A program made the translations under genes and the position numbers. Positions 8,270 to 21,002 of a stretch of DNA of 64,000 nt are shown here, piece by piece. The stretch covers positions 992,001 through 1,056,000 of the forward strand of contig CAWCUS010000006.1 in NCBI GenBank assembly GCA_963798845.1, written 5' to 3'. Source of the DNA: an uncultured Gemmatimonadales bacterium. GTDB taxonomy: Bacteria; Gemmatimonadota; Gemmatimonadetes; Longimicrobiales; RSA9. A model generated the notes under the pieces. It was given only the letters and a program-made list of their open reading frames with translations. It had not been told where the DNA came from and did no database searches. Positions within the stretch are counted from its first letter, which is position 1. Every line of letters starts with the position of its first letter.

Positions 8270-10933
8270 ATGGAGCCCATGACCGGAACCGAGCTGCTGG
8301 ACCGCATCCGTCCCACCGAGCACCGCCTGGAAAACGGGCTCATGCTCCTGGTCCGGGAAGTCCACGTCGCCCCCGTGGTGTCGATCGTGACGCACGTGCG
8401 GGCCGGCTACTTCGACGAGCCGGACGAGCTGGTGGGGATCAGTCACGTCCTGGAGCACATGTTCTTCAAGGGGACGGAGCGTCGTGCGGTGGGCGAGATC
8501 GCGCGGGCGACGAAGGCGGCCGGCGGGTACCTGAACGCCGGGACGATCTACGATCACACGTCGTACTATACCGTGCTTCCGTCGGCGGCGGTGGACATGG
8601 GCCTGGACATCCAGGCGGACGCGCTGATCCATTCGCAGATCGACGAGGAGGAGCTCCGCAAGGAGCTGCTGGTGATCATCGAGGAGGTCAAGCGGAAGTA
8701 CGACAACCCGGGCGCGCTGGCCACGGAGAAGCTGTACGAGGCCATGTTCGACGTGCACCCGATCCGGCGCTGGCGCATGGGGACGGAGAAGGGACTGAGG
8801 CGGCTGGAGCGCGCGCAGGTGTTCGACTACTACCGCTCCATGTATCGGGCATCCAACATCACGCTCGTCGTTTCCGGCGACGTCGATCCCGGCCGCGTCG
8901 TCGACCGCGTGGAGGCGCTCTACGCCGAGCTCCCACCGGGGTCACCGGAGCGGCCGGAGCGCTCGGAGCCCGAGCGCACGGGGGCTCGCCTGCGCGAGAT
9001 GAGTGGCGACATCGCCCACACGTACGTGGAGCTCGGGTGGCATTCGCCCGGTGAGCTTCACGAGGACACGCCCGCGCTGGACGCGCTCGGCGTCGTGCTG
9101 GGACAGGGTCGTGCGTCCCGACTGTACCGCAGGGTGCGCGAGCGCGGACTGGCCTCGAGCGTGGAGGCGTACAACTTCACGCCCGCGGACATCGGCGTGT
9201 TCGGTATCGGGCTGGAGTGCAAGCCGCCCGGGACGGCGGCAGCGCTGCGGGCCGTCTGGACGGAGGTGGACGGGGCGCGGGAGACCGGCGTTCACGTCGA
9301 CGAGCTGGAGCGGGTCCGAACGCTGCTGGAGGCGAGGCTGCTGCGGCGGCTGGAGACCGCTGAAGGGCAGGCGAACCTGCTCGCCGAGTGGCAGGCACTC
9401 GGCGACTGGCGCCGGGCGGGAGACTACCTCGACCGGCTCCGGGGGCTCACCGTCGATCGGCTGCGCGACGTCGCCGACCGCTACCTCGACGCCGAGCGCG
9501 CGACCGCGCTGGTCTATCGCCCCTCCGGAACTGAAGCGCTGGGCTGGGGCGATGACGGCTTCGTCGCCGGGCTCCGGGACGACGGGTCGAGAGCGGCCAC
9601 GGCCGGGGCGGCGGAGCCTCCGCCGGAGGGATCCGGCGAACCGATCGATGCGTCCGCCGCGGCGCCGGCGCCCACGCCGTCGACCGTCGGGTCTCCCGCG
9701 ATCGAGGACGGCGTGGTGCAGTATCCGATGAATGGCGGGCGTCTGGTGGTGAAGCGGCGCTCGCACGCGCCGCTCGTCTCGATGGCGCTGGCGCGGCGGG
9801 GCGGCGTGCTGAACGAGACCCGTGAGACGGCGGGGCGCACGGCGCTGGTCATGCGCACTTCGGTGAAGGGGACCACCTCGCGGGATGCGGAACGGATCGC
9901 CCGGGAGTCCGAGCGGCTGGGCGGGAGCATAGGGGCGTCGGCCGGCGCCGACCTGCTCTCGTGGGATCTTACGGTCCCCGCGCAGCATTTCCGCGAAGGG
10001 TTCGGCCTTCTGGCGGACGTGGCGCTCCACCCCACCTTCCCGGACTTCGAAGTCGCCCAGGAGCGCTCCATGGTGCTGGCGGACCTGGAGCGGCTGCGCG
10101 ACGACATGTACCGATATCCGCTGCGCCTGATGCTGTCGGCGGCTTTCGGCGATCACCCGTACGGGCGTTCGCCGGACGACATCGCCGCCGCTGTCTCCGA
10201 CGTGGACGCGGAGGCGCTTCGAAGCTGGCACGCGGAGGCGCTGGCCGAGCCGTGGGTGTTCGTCGTTGGCGACATCGACCCCGAGCACGCGGCCGACGTC
10301 GTTGCGGCGAACGTGGGGCCGCTCACCCACCCTGTCGACGTGCAGGAGCCCCGGCCGTCATGGCCCGCCTCCCCTGTATTCGAGGAAGCGAGGCGAGAGC
10401 GGGCGCAGACCGCGCTCGCGCTGGCTTTCCCAGGGCCGAGCCGCAGTGACGAGGACCGGGCAGCCATGGAAGTGCTGTCCAACGCCGTGAGCGGGCTGGG
10501 AAACCGCCTGTTCGAGGAGCTCCGCAGTCGCCGCTCGCTCGCGTACACGGTGGCCGCCTACCCCCTGGTGCGGCGACACGCCGGGGCGTTCGTGGGCTAC
10601 ATCGCTTCCTCCCGCGACCGCGGTGAGGAAGCCCGCGAGGCGCTCCTCACCGAGCTGCTCCGCCTGCGCGACGAGCCACCCACGGAGGAAGAGCTCGAGC
10701 GGGCGCGGCAGTACACGGTGGGCGGGTGGCAGATCCGGACCCAGAGCAACGCCGCCCAGCTCGGCGAACTCGCCGCCGCCCTCATGCTCGGCTCCGGGCT
10801 CGAGGAGATCCGTGATTTCGAAGGCCGCATCCGCGGCGTCACCCGCGACGACGTGCTCGAGGCCACCCGGCGGTGGTTCGACGCCGACCGCGTCGTGGAG
10901 GGGATGGTGCGGGGGACCGCCCGAGAGCGCTGA
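8270..10933 (+). CDS. M16 family zinc metallopeptidase (pitrilysin-like)
   Basis: GISHVLEHMFFKGT (HxxEH), NAGT.YDHT.YY, second inactive half, RLFEELRSRRSLAY. Confidence 0.95.
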   Translation: MEPMTGTELLDRIRPTEHRLENGLMLLVREVHVAPVVSIVTHVRAGYFDEPDELVGISHVLEHMFFKGTERRAVGEIARATKAAGGYLNAGTIYDHTSYYTVLPSAAVDMGLDIQADALIHSQIDEEELRKELLVIIEEVKRKYDNPGALATEKLYEAMFDVHPIRRWRMGTEKGLRRLERAQVFDYYRSMYRASNITLVVSGDVDPGRVVDRVEALYAELPPGSPERPERSEPERTGARLREMSGDIAHTYVELGWHSPGELHEDTPALDALGVVLGQGRASRLYRRVRERGLASSVEAYNFTPADIGVFGIGLECKPPGTAAALRAVWTEVDGARETGVHVDELERVRTLLEARLLRRLETAEGQANLLAEWQALGDWRRAGDYLDRLRGLTVDRLRDVADRYLDAERATALVYRPSGTEALGWGDDGFVAGLRDDGSRAATAGAAEPPPEGSGEPIDASAAAPAPTPSTVGSPAIEDGVVQYPMNGGRLVVKRRSHAPLVSMALARRGGVLNETRETAGRTALVMRTSVKGTTSRDAERIARESERLGGSIGASAGADLLSWDLTVPAQHFREGFGLLADVALHPTFPDFEVAQERSMVLADLERLRDDMYRYPLRLMLSAAFGDHPYGRSPDDIAAAVSDVDAEALRSWHAEALAEPWVFVVGDIDPEHAADVVAANVGPLTHPVDVQEPRPSWPASPVFEEARRERAQTALALAFPGPSRSDEDRAAMEVLSNAVSGLGNRLFEELRSRRSLAYTVAAYPLVRRHAGAFVGYIASSRDRGEEAREALLTELLRLRDEPPTEEELERARQYTVGGWQIRTQSNAAQLGELAAALMLGSGLEEIRDFEGRIRGVTRDDVLEATRRWFDADRVVEGMVRGTARER

Positions 10934-10981
10934 CGGCCGACGGCAGGGTGGTCGCCCGTGAGGCCCGGCGCCGTCCACGGT

Positions 10982-11010
10982 TTGAGGCGGGTCGCGGCGG
11001 CGCCTATATT
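10982..11010 (+). promoter_or_regulatory. putative sigma70 promoter
   Basis: TTGAGG-N17-TATATT. Confidence 0.55.
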
Positions 11011-11043
11011 CCCGCCGTCGTCAACCCCACAACCGAGCGAGCC

Positions 11044-11829
11044 ATGGCCGAATACCGGAACATCCGCATCGAGCGGGCGGAGCGGCGCGCGACAGTGATC
11101 GTGTCGCGCCCGGACAAGCTGAACGCGCTGAACGCGGAGACGATCGACGAGCTGGATGCGGCGTTCCGTGAGCTGGAGCGCGACCGCGACGTGGGCGGTG
11201 TGTTGATCACGGGAGACGGAGAGAAGGCGTTCGTCGCCGGCGCGGACATCGCCGAGCTGGCGAAGATGGACTCCATTGGCGGGATCTCCGTGTCTCGCCA
11301 GGGCCAGGACGCGTTCCGTCGCCTGGAACGGATGGGAAAGCCAGTGGTGGCCGCGGTGAACGGGTACGCGCTGGGCGGCGGGATGGAGCTGGCGCTGGCG
11401 TGCCACCTCCGCGTAGCGGGCGAGAAGGCGCGCTTCGGGCTTCCGGAGGTGAAGCTGGGGATCATCCCCGGATACGGGGGGACGGTCCGGCTGCCGCGGA
11501 TCGTGGGGCGGGGCCGCGCGCTGGAGCTGATCCTGACGGGCGAGATGATCGACGCGCAGCGGGCCTACGAGATCGGACTCGTCAACAGGGTCGTGGCCCA
11601 GGACGAGGTCCGGGACGCGGCCGAGCGGCTGCTGGACACCATCCTGAAGAACGGACCCGTGGCGCTGCGCTTCGCCCTCGAGGCGGTGGACCGGAGCCTC
11701 GAGACGGGGATCGAAGAGGGGCTGGGCCTGGAGTCGCACCTGTTCGGGCTCCTGGCGTCGACGGCGGACATGCGGGAGGGGATGGGGGCGTTTCTGGAGA
11801 AGAGGGCGGCGGAGTTCAGCGGGCGGTAG
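11044..11829 (+). CDS. enoyl-CoA hydratase/crotonase
   Basis: KLNALN, AFVAGADI, AAVNGYALGGGMELALAC, FGLPEVKLGIIPGYGGT. Confidence 0.95.
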   Translation: MAEYRNIRIERAERRATVIVSRPDKLNALNAETIDELDAAFRELERDRDVGGVLITGDGEKAFVAGADIAELAKMDSIGGISVSRQGQDAFRRLERMGKPVVAAVNGYALGGGMELALACHLRVAGEKARFGLPEVKLGIIPGYGGTVRLPRIVGRGRALELILTGEMIDAQRAYEIGLVNRVVAQDEVRDAAERLLDTILKNGPVALRFALEAVDRSLETGIEEGLGLESHLFGLLASTADMREGMGAFLEKRAAEFSGR

Positions 11830-11837
11830 GGGGGACG

Positions 11838-12120
11838 GGGGCTCGGCCCTTCGGGGCCTCGCAGAGGGGCTCGGCCTTCGGGCCTCGCAGAGGGGCTCGG
11901 CCTTCGGGCCTCGCAGAGGGGCTCGGCCTTCGGCCTCGCAGAGGGGCTCGGCCTTCGGGCCTCGCAGAGGGGCTCGGCCTTCGGGCCTCGCAGAGGGGCT
12001 CGGCCTTCGGGCCTCGCAGAGGGGCTCGGCCTTCGGCCTCGCAGAGGGGCTCGGCCTTCGGGCCTCGCAGAGGGGCTCGGCCTTCGGGCCTCGCAGGGGG
12101 CTCGGCCTTCGGCCTCGCAG
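11838..12120 (+). repeat. tandem hairpin repeat array A, about 11 units of 24-28 bp
   Basis: consensus GGGGCTCGGCCTTCGGGCCTCGCAGA; no spacers. Confidence 0.97.
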
Positions 12121-12144
12121 GGGGGCGGGGCTCGCAGGGGCGGG

Positions 12145-12173
12145 TTGCCTCGCGCGCGCACGCGTGATAGGTT
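12145..12173 (+). promoter_or_regulatory. putative sigma70 promoter for recF
   Basis: TTGCCT-N17-TAGGTT, ATG at 12182. Confidence 0.55.
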
Positions 12174-12181
12174 TTCTTCAC

Positions 12182-13321
12182 ATGGAGGCCCCACCCGAGC
12201 TGGTTTGTCGTGAGCTCCGTCTGCGCCAGTTCCGGAACTTCCCGGACCTGGACCTGGCCTTCCAACCGGCGGGCGCGGCGGTGGTCGGACCGAACGGATC
12301 CGGAAAGACCAACCTCATCGAAGCCCTCTACTATCTCGAGATCTTTCGTTCCTTCCGGGGCGCGCTGGACGACCAGCTGGTGCGCTTCGGCGAGGAGGCG
12401 TTCCACATCCGGGGCCGCTTCCAGGAGCCGGCATCAGGGCGCGAGCTGGAGCTCACGGCGGCGTACGAGCCGCGCCGGAAGAGGAAGCGGGTGCAGGTGA
12501 ACGGCGTCGAACCGGAGCGGCTGGGGGCCGGGGTCGGCCACGTCGGCATGGTGGTGTTCTCGCCTTCGGACGTGGGGATCGTGGCGGGGTCGCCGGGAGA
12601 GCGTCGTCGCTTCCTCGACATCGTGCTCTCGCTCAACGTGCGCGGCTACCTGGCGACGCTGCAGCGCTACCGCCACGCGCTGCGCCAGCGAAACGCGCTG
12701 CTGAAGGACGGAGCGCGGTGGGCGGCGGTGGAGCCGTGGACGGCGTCGGTGGCCGAGCTCGGAGGGAAGGTCATGGCGGCGAGGGCGGCGTGGGTGTCGT
12801 CGCACGGGGACGGGTTCGCCGAGCGGTACGAGCGGATCGGCAGTGAGGCGCCGGCTCGGCTGGAGTACCGGCCGAGCGTGGGGTCGCTGCCTGAGGAGGG
12901 TGAGGACATGGGGGCGGCGTTGGCCGCGTCGCTGGAGCGGCTCGCGGCGCGGGAGCGGGAACGGGGCGTGACGCTGCGCGGGCCGCATCGAGACGATCTC
13001 GGCTTCGTGCGGGAGGACGGAGCGGGGGGGCGGGACCTGCGAGATTACGGCTCGGGAGGTCAGCAGCGGACGGCGGCGGTCTCGCTACGCCTGATGGAAG
13101 CGGAAACGATTCGGGAATCGAGGACGCACGCACCCATGATCCTTCTGGACGACATCTTCGCCGAGCTGGACCCCGGGCGTTCGGAGCGCGTGCTGGCGCT
13201 GCTCGAGGAGCAGCCCGGACAGGTCGTCCTGACGGCGCCGAAGGCGTCCGACGTGGAGGTGCGCCGTGGCGCGCTGCCCCGGTGGCGGATCGCGTCCGGC
13301 CAGATCGTGGCGGCGGCGTGA
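12182..13321 (+). CDS. recF: DNA replication/repair protein RecF
   Basis: FRN, GPNGSGKTNLIEA, RSFR, ERRRFLD, GPHRDD, YGSGGQQRT, LLDDIFAELD. Confidence 0.97.
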   Translation: MEAPPELVCRELRLRQFRNFPDLDLAFQPAGAAVVGPNGSGKTNLIEALYYLEIFRSFRGALDDQLVRFGEEAFHIRGRFQEPASGRELELTAAYEPRRKRKRVQVNGVEPERLGAGVGHVGMVVFSPSDVGIVAGSPGERRRFLDIVLSLNVRGYLATLQRYRHALRQRNALLKDGARWAAVEPWTASVAELGGKVMAARAAWVSSHGDGFAERYERIGSEAPARLEYRPSVGSLPEEGEDMGAALAASLERLAARERERGVTLRGPHRDDLGFVREDGAGGRDLRDYGSGGQQRTAAVSLRLMEAETIRESRTHAPMILLDDIFAELDPGRSERVLALLEEQPGQVVLTAPKASDVEVRRGALPRWRIASGQIVAAA

Positions 13322-13704
13322 GCGGCAAGCCGCAGCGCCCGATGCGCGTGTCCGAGGCGCTCTCTGCCTACCTGGCGAAGAGCGGGCTGGGACAGCGGCT
13401 GGAGCAGGCCGCGTCGGTGGATGAGTGGGCGGAGCGCGTCGGCTCGCGCATCGCGGCGGTGGCGGAGCCGGTGCACGTGGCGGAGGGGGTGCTTCTGGTG
13501 GCCGTTCGCTCGAGTGCGTGGCTCATGGAGCTGCGGATGATGGAGGCCGAGATCCGGAATCGCCTGAACGAGGGTCGGCAGCGCGGCCGAATCCAGCGGA
13601 TCCGGTTCGTGATGGCGGGCGAGGATGAGCCCGGGCGCGGGAGCGCGGCGGGCGGGATGGACGGGGTTGGTCGTGGTCGTCGCCCGAAGGGCGAAAGCCG
13701 TTGA
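13318..13704 (+). CDS. dciA: DciA/DUF721 family helicase-loader protein
   Basis: W...VG..IA....P......GVLLVAVRSSAWLMEL pattern; canonical position between recF and gyrB. Confidence 0.85.
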   Translation: MSGKPQRPMRVSEALSAYLAKSGLGQRLEQAASVDEWAERVGSRIAAVAEPVHVAEGVLLVAVRSSAWLMELRMMEAEIRNRLNEGRQRGRIQRIRFVMAGEDEPGRGSAAGGMDGVGRGRRPKGESR

Positions 13705-15834
<2,130 letters not shown>

Positions 15835-16008
15835 TGAGCTTCGCAGTCCTTCACGCGGATCTCGGGTAGCGGCTCGGGGAGCAGCCGCGGCCAACCGCGG
15901 CACGCCCGAGCCCGTTCCGGAATCCCGGCCGCTCGCTCGCCGGACGATACGCGACCGGTGCGAGTTGCGCGCGGCCTTTGCGTCCATCCGCGCACGTGGA
16001 GGAACACC

Positions 16009-17082
16009 ATGCCGGAGCTCACGCCCTTCGGCTTCGATCGGTTCTTTCAGGAACAGCTCACCCGCTGGCCGGTTCCGCCGCTGCTGCCGGCGCGCGTGGC
16101 TGGCGCACACCGTGCCCGCTACGATCTCTGGTCCTCGCCCGGACCACTCCGGGCGCGTCTGGCCGGCGCGCTCCGGCGCCAGCTGGCGGACGATGCCCTG
16201 CCCGGTGTCGGTGATTGGGTGGTGGCCGACGCGCCCGGCCGCGCGGGTGACACCGTGCTCATCCGCGGCGTTCTGACGCGGCGCAGCGCGTTCACGCGCG
16301 GCGCCGCGGGACGCGAGGCGCGTCCTCAGGTGGTGGCCGCCAACGTGGACCGCGTGTTCGTCGTGGTCGGGCTGGACGCGGGCCCCAACGGGCGCGCGCT
16401 CGACCGCTATCTGGCCCGTATCTGGGCGGGCGGCGCGGAGCCGCTGGTGGTGCTCAACAAGGCGGACCTGACGTCCGATGCCGAAAGCGCCGTGGCGGAG
16501 ATCGAGCGCCGCTGCATCGGGGTCCAGGTGCTGGCGGTCAGCGCCCTCCACAGCGAAGGCCTGGACCGGATCCGCGCCGCCATCCCGCCCGGGCGCACCA
16601 TCGCGCTGGTGGGGGCTTCCGGCGCCGGCAAGTCCACGCTGGCCAACGCGCTGCTCGGAGAAACACGGCAGGCCACCGCGGAGGTGCTGCCCGGGGGAGC
16701 CCGCGGTCGGCACACCACTACCCGGCGGGAGCTCCTGCTACTGCCGGGCGGCGGGCTGCTGCTGGACACGCCCGGGATGAGGGAGCTCGAGGTGGTGGAC
16801 GAGGACGGGCTCGACATCGTCTTCGACGACATCACCGCCCTCGCCGATCAGTGCCGCTTCCGCGATTGCGGCCACGTCGCCGAGCCGGGGTGCGCCGTCC
16901 TCGCGGCGGTCGCCGCCGGCCGGCTCCACCCGGAACGCCTCGACAGCTACCACAAGCTCCAGCGCGAGGCCCGCGCCTACGAGCTGCGCCACGACGACCG
17001 CGCCCGCCGCCAGGCGGAGCGCGTGTGGGGCCAGCTGAGCGATGAGGGCGCTCTCATCCGGAAGTGGAAGGGTGGGAAGTGA
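16009..17082 (+). CDS. rsgA: ribosome small subunit-dependent GTPase A
   Basis: VGDWV, QVVAANVD, NKAD, GASGAGKST, GRHTT, DTPG, CRFRDCGHVAEPGC zinc site. Confidence 0.93.
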   Translation: MPELTPFGFDRFFQEQLTRWPVPPLLPARVAGAHRARYDLWSSPGPLRARLAGALRRQLADDALPGVGDWVVADAPGRAGDTVLIRGVLTRRSAFTRGAAGREARPQVVAANVDRVFVVVGLDAGPNGRALDRYLARIWAGGAEPLVVLNKADLTSDAESAVAEIERRCIGVQVLAVSALHSEGLDRIRAAIPPGRTIALVGASGAGKSTLANALLGETRQATAEVLPGGARGRHTTTRRELLLLPGGGLLLDTPGMRELEVVDEDGLDIVFDDITALADQCRFRDCGHVAEPGCAVLAAVAAGRLHPERLDSYHKLQREARAYELRHDDRARRQAERVWGQLSDEGALIRKWKGGK

Positions 17083-17116
17083 GTTCAGGTCGCGGGTGGG
17101 AAGCCCGCGCGTCCGC

Positions 17117-17854
17117 TCACGGTCGTCCGGGGCTCGGCTGGAGCGGGCCGTCGCCAGACCATTGCCACGTGTCCGTGATGACCGCGGCCCGGGGGGCGAA
17201 GCCGTCGCCGTACTCGGCGGGATAGTGGTGGACGAGCAGGAAAAGCCGCCCGTCGTACCGCCGGACTTCGATCCTGCCGACGAACCAGGCCCCGCCTCCG
17301 TCCTGATACCGGAACCGATACCCGGCGATCGCTCCGGGGATGCTCGACGCGGCCGCGGAGTCCGAGGCCGGCTCGAGCCCGCGGCTCACGGGCACTCCGC
17401 GTCCCGTCTCGTAGCCGCGCGCCGCCGCCACCGCCTCGGGCTCCGGGGTGCCGGCAGGGAAGACGAACAGGTGGAGGAAGGCGTTCTCGTTCCGGTGGCC
17501 GCCGAACTCCGCGTAGAAGTGCACGGACGCGCCGCCGCCATTCTCCGTGGAGACTTCAGCGGCCATGTCGGCCGGAACGTAGGCGCTGAACGGGAGGGGG
17601 AAGTCGCCGCCGGTGCGGAACAGCTTCAGCCGCATGGGGACAGGCATCCCCTCGATGTCCACGGTGTCGCTGCGGAGCGGGGCCCGGGTCGCTGCGGTGG
17701 TGTCGGCCCCGGCTGGGCGGGCGGGGTTCCGGGTGCCTTCCCCCGCTCCGCTCTCGCGGCCACCTCCGCCGCACGCGGCCACGCTGGCGGCGCAGGCGAG
17801 GAAGGCGGCCAGGGCTGCGGCGGGACGTGGAATCAGTGCTCTGAACGTGGGCAC
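17117..17854 (-). CDS. hypothetical lipoprotein
   Basis: signal peptide ending VAAC-GGGG lipobox. Confidence 0.8.
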   Translation of the reverse strand: MPTFRALIPRPAAALAAFLACAASVAACGGGGRESGAGEGTRNPARPAGADTTAATRAPLRSDTVDIEGMPVPMRLKLFRTGGDFPLPFSAYVPADMAAEVSTENGGGASVHFYAEFGGHRNENAFLHLFVFPAGTPEPEAVAAARGYETGRGVPVSRGLEPASDSAAASSIPGAIAGYRFRYQDGGGAWFVGRIEVRRYDGRLFLLVHHYPAEYGDGFAPRAAVITDTWQWSGDGPLQPSPGRP

Positions 17855-17910
17855 GGCTCTCGCGTGTGGAGGTGATATCGAAGCGGTGGGAGGGCACGAA
17901 CCGGACGTGA

Positions 17911-18201
17911 ATGATCATGGAGTACCGCGCCAAGGGCCAAACCTGGGACGTGTTCCTGTCGGAGGAAGGTCCCGAGAGAGGGCACCCGGGATTGCGACCG
18001 GTCATATTCCACTGCAAGAGCAACACGTCGTGGGGGTGGCGCGTGGTGGAGCTTTCGGCGTCCGAGCTGCCGGCGGACGGCAGCCTGGACGAGGTCCCGC
18101 GCGTGCGGATCGCGGAGCTGTTCGATCGCTCCGAGCCGTTCGACTACCCGACGGACCCGAAGGCGAAGCAGCACCACATCGGCGACGGTCCCGGGCGCTA
18201 G
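17911..18201 (+). CDS. hypothetical protein
   Basis: 96-aa ORF with typical codon usage. Confidence 0.7.
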   Translation: MIMEYRAKGQTWDVFLSEEGPERGHPGLRPVIFHCKSNTSWGWRVVELSASELPADGSLDEVPRVRIAELFDRSEPFDYPTDPKAKQHHIGDGPGR

Positions 18202-18251
18202 CGGCACGGCCGGGCGATGCTGCGACCGCCCCGAAGGAGGCGGTGTCGCGG

Positions 18252-18806
18252 TCAGAGCAGGCCGCGGTACTGTGGATTCACCATGAGCTCGCCCTGCTCG
18301 CCCACCACCTGGCGATCCCACGGGAAGATCACGGCCGCGTCCGTCTCCACGGCGTAGAAGTCCGGCTTGTACCCGCCCGTTTTCACGATGCTGGTCGCGG
18401 TCTTGAGGGCGGCGGGGCTCACGGCCCGCACCGCGGACACGGCCATGCGCAGGGTCTCCCCCGAGGTGCAGATCTCGTCCACGATGAGCACGCGGCGGCC
18501 CCTGGCCTGAAGCGGGGCGGCGCTCAGGACCTTGGGCTGCTCGCGCACCCGCTCCATGCCGGACCGGCGGGTTATGGTCATGGAGAAGAAGTCCTGGCGC
18601 AGGATCGTGGCGATCACCGCCCCTGGAATCACGCCCGCCTTGGCAATGCCGATGATGAGGTCCGGCGCGTACTCGCGGGCCACGTTCAGCGCCAGGGCGC
18701 GGGACAGCTCACCGAACACCTCCCAGGTCAGCTCCAGGATGCCGTCGCCGTCGAGGGACGCCTCCGGTGCACCCGGAAGTTGGGACTGAAGCCGCTGCGC
18801 AGGCAT
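18252..18806 (-). CDS. type I phosphoribosyltransferase
   Basis: IIGIAKAGVIP, VLIVDEICTSGETL PRPP loop, IFPWD. Confidence 0.9.
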   Translation of the reverse strand: MPAQRLQSQLPGAPEASLDGDGILELTWEVFGELSRALALNVAREYAPDLIIGIAKAGVIPGAVIATILRQDFFSMTITRRSGMERVREQPKVLSAAPLQARGRRVLIVDEICTSGETLRMAVSAVRAVSPAALKTATSIVKTGGYKPDFYAVETDAAVIFPWDRQVVGEQGELMVNPQYRGLL

Positions 18807-18907
18807 GGGTGTTCTCCGGTTCGGGGGAACGCAAGGCTAAGTTAGCGGTGGGTCCCGGCGCATGGAAGCGGCTTGACCGTCCCGCCGGCTGCCGGCATCC
18901 TCCGGCC

Positions 18908-19378
18908 ATGGCAGCAGCATCCGACGAATCCCGGGCCGTCGCCGACGCCCGCCTGGCGGCGGCGCTGGAATCGGCCTCCATTCGCGACCCCAGGCCGTAC
19001 TATCGGCACGCGCTCGTCCAGCTGAAGCAGCGCAGTCCCAATGGTTACGCCCGGGCGGTGGCGTACTTCGACGAGCAACTCGTCCCAACCGTCGCCGGCG
19101 ACGGGGATCCCCTGACCTCGTGGCTCGCGTACGGCCGCATGATCGCCGGCGAGATCGGGCCCGGATGCGAAGTGGAGGTCGACCCGTCCGGCCGCGTGCT
19201 GGCGCCCGACGTTCAGCGCCCGGGGCGTGGCCTGCTGTTGTGGCTCCCGGACGATGAGGCAGCGCCCGCGACCCTGCTCCGAGCTCCCCGGAAGTGGACG
19301 CGGGCGCAGGAGGCCACCGTGGAGCTGCTGGTTCAGGGGCGAGTCACCGCCTCCGCATACGAAGAGCCGCGGCGGTAG
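18908..19378 (+). CDS. hypothetical protein
   Basis: ORF with protein-like composition between PRTase and rho. Confidence 0.7.
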   Translation: MAAASDESRAVADARLAAALESASIRDPRPYYRHALVQLKQRSPNGYARAVAYFDEQLVPTVAGDGDPLTSWLAYGRMIAGEIGPGCEVEVDPSGRVLAPDVQRPGRGLLLWLPDDEAAPATLLRAPRKWTRAQEATVELLVQGRVTASAYEEPRR

Positions 19379-19448
19379 ACGGTCGTCCCGGTGGCTCAGG
19401 CGACCCGGGCGGTGGAACTGCTTCCTCTGCGAACCCCTGGCGGGTCCG

Positions 19449-20714
19449 CTATCCGGCCTTGGTCATGCTGTCCAGGAACTCCTGGTTCGTCTTGGTGCGG
19501 CGCATCCGCTCGAGCAGGAACTCCAGGGCCTCCGCCGGGGGCATGTCCGAGAGGAAATTGCGCAGCAGGTAGACGCGGTTGAGCTCCGAATCGTTGAGGA
19601 GGAGCTCCTCCTTGCGGGTGCTCGACCGGTTGATGTCGATGGCGGGGAAAATCCGCTTGTCGGCAATGTGCCGGTCGAGGATCACCTCCATGTTCCCCGT
19701 CCCCTTGAACTCCTCGAAGATCACCTCGTCCATCCTCGAGCCCGTCTCGATGAGCGCGGTGGCGATGATGGTGAGGGACCCGCCGCCGTCAATGTTCCGG
19801 GCTGCGCCGAAGAAGCGCTTGGGCTTGTGCAGCGCATTGGCGTCCACGCCGCCGGAGAGGATCTTCCCGGAATGCGGCACCGTGACGTTGTACGCGCGGG
19901 CGAGGCGGGTGATGGAGTCGAGGAGGATGACGACGTCGCGTCCGGCTTCCACGAGGCGCTTCGCCTTCTCCAGGACCATCTCCGCCACCTGGGTGTGACG
20001 GTCGGCCGGCTCGTCGAACGTGGAGGAGATGATCTCGGCCGGAACGTGCTCCTCCATGTCCGTGACCTCCTCGGGCCGCTCGTCGATGAGCAGAACGATG
20101 AGGTGGACCTCGGGCTGATTCTCGATCACCGAGTTGGCGATCTTCTGGAGGAGGATCGTCTTTCCGGCCTTCGGCGGCGAGACGATGAGCCCGCGCTGCC
20201 CCTCGCCGATCGGGCTGATCAGGTCCATCAGCCGCATGGACAGGTCGCCGGTGGCGTTCTCCAGTCGCAGCCGCTTTTCCGGGTAGCGGGGGCGGAGGTT
20301 GTCGAACGCGATCCGGTGCTTCGCGGTGTCCGGGTCCGCCCCGTTGACCTCCTCCACCTTCAGCAGGGCGAGGTAGCGCTCGCCCTCCTTCGGTGGGCGC
20401 ACCTGTCCGAGCACCGTGTCGCCCGTGCGCAGGTCGAACCGCTTGATCTGCGAGGGCGAGACGTAGATGTCGTCCGGGCCGTAGAGGTAGTTCCAGTCCT
20501 GGGAGCGCAGGAAGCCGTAGCCCTCCGGAAGCACTTCGAGGACGCCCTCTCCGCGCAGCACTACATCGCTGTCCAGCAGGTTCTGCTCGATCCGGAATAT
20601 GAGGTCCTGCTTCCGGAGGCCCGAAAAATTGGAAATCTGGAGCTCCTCGGCCATGTCGTGGAGCTCGGGGATCGATTTACTCTTCAGTTCTGCGATGTCC
20701 ACGTGAGTCTCCAT
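19449..20714 (-). CDS. rho: transcription termination factor Rho
   Basis: [49 protein letters not shown]. Confidence 0.99.
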   Translation of the reverse strand: METHVDIAELKSKSIPELHDMAEELQISNFSGLRKQDLIFRIEQNLLDSDVVLRGEGVLEVLPEGYGFLRSQDWNYLYGPDDIYVSPSQIKRFDLRTGDTVLGQVRPPKEGERYLALLKVEEVNGADPDTAKHRIAFDNLRPRYPEKRLRLENATGDLSMRLMDLISPIGEGQRGLIVSPPKAGKTILLQKIANSVIENQPEVHLIVLLIDERPEEVTDMEEHVPAEIISSTFDEPADRHTQVAEMVLEKAKRLVEAGRDVVILLDSITRLARAYNVTVPHSGKILSGGVDANALHKPKRFFGAARNIDGGGSLTIIATALIETGSRMDEVIFEEFKGTGNMEVILDRHIADKRIFPAIDINRSSTRKEELLLNDSELNRVYLLRNFLSDMPPAEALEFLLERMRRTKTNQEFLDSMTKAG

Positions 20715-21002
20715 TTCACGTCCGCTTCATTCCGCCCATGCCCCGGCAGGGTGCGCCGGCGCGATGGTACGTCGCGGAGGGTGTGAATTGGGAAGAACGG
20801 AAATGTCGATCGGCGGAACCGGTGCCCCGCCTTCGGCAGGTTTGTGGTCGCGGGTGATTGGCGCAAGGTTACCACCGGGTGGCTCCCCGGTCAAGAGGCT
20901 GTGGCCCCGAACGGCGTGACGTAGGCCGGTGTGCGATGCAAAGGTTCGCTTGACACCGGTGCGGGCGGGGAGGACTTTATCCTCCCACCGACGAGAGAAC
21001 GC

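Noticed and set aside
11838..12120. Arrays A and B as CRISPR arrays
   Set aside because: Units are contiguous with no unique spacers, and no cas genes are in the window
11400..12406. ORFs running through repeat arrays (also 23997..25481 and 24897..25310) as repeat proteins
   Set aside because: The units lack stop codons in all frames, unit length is not a multiple of 3, and the ORFs overlap real genes without a plausible RBS
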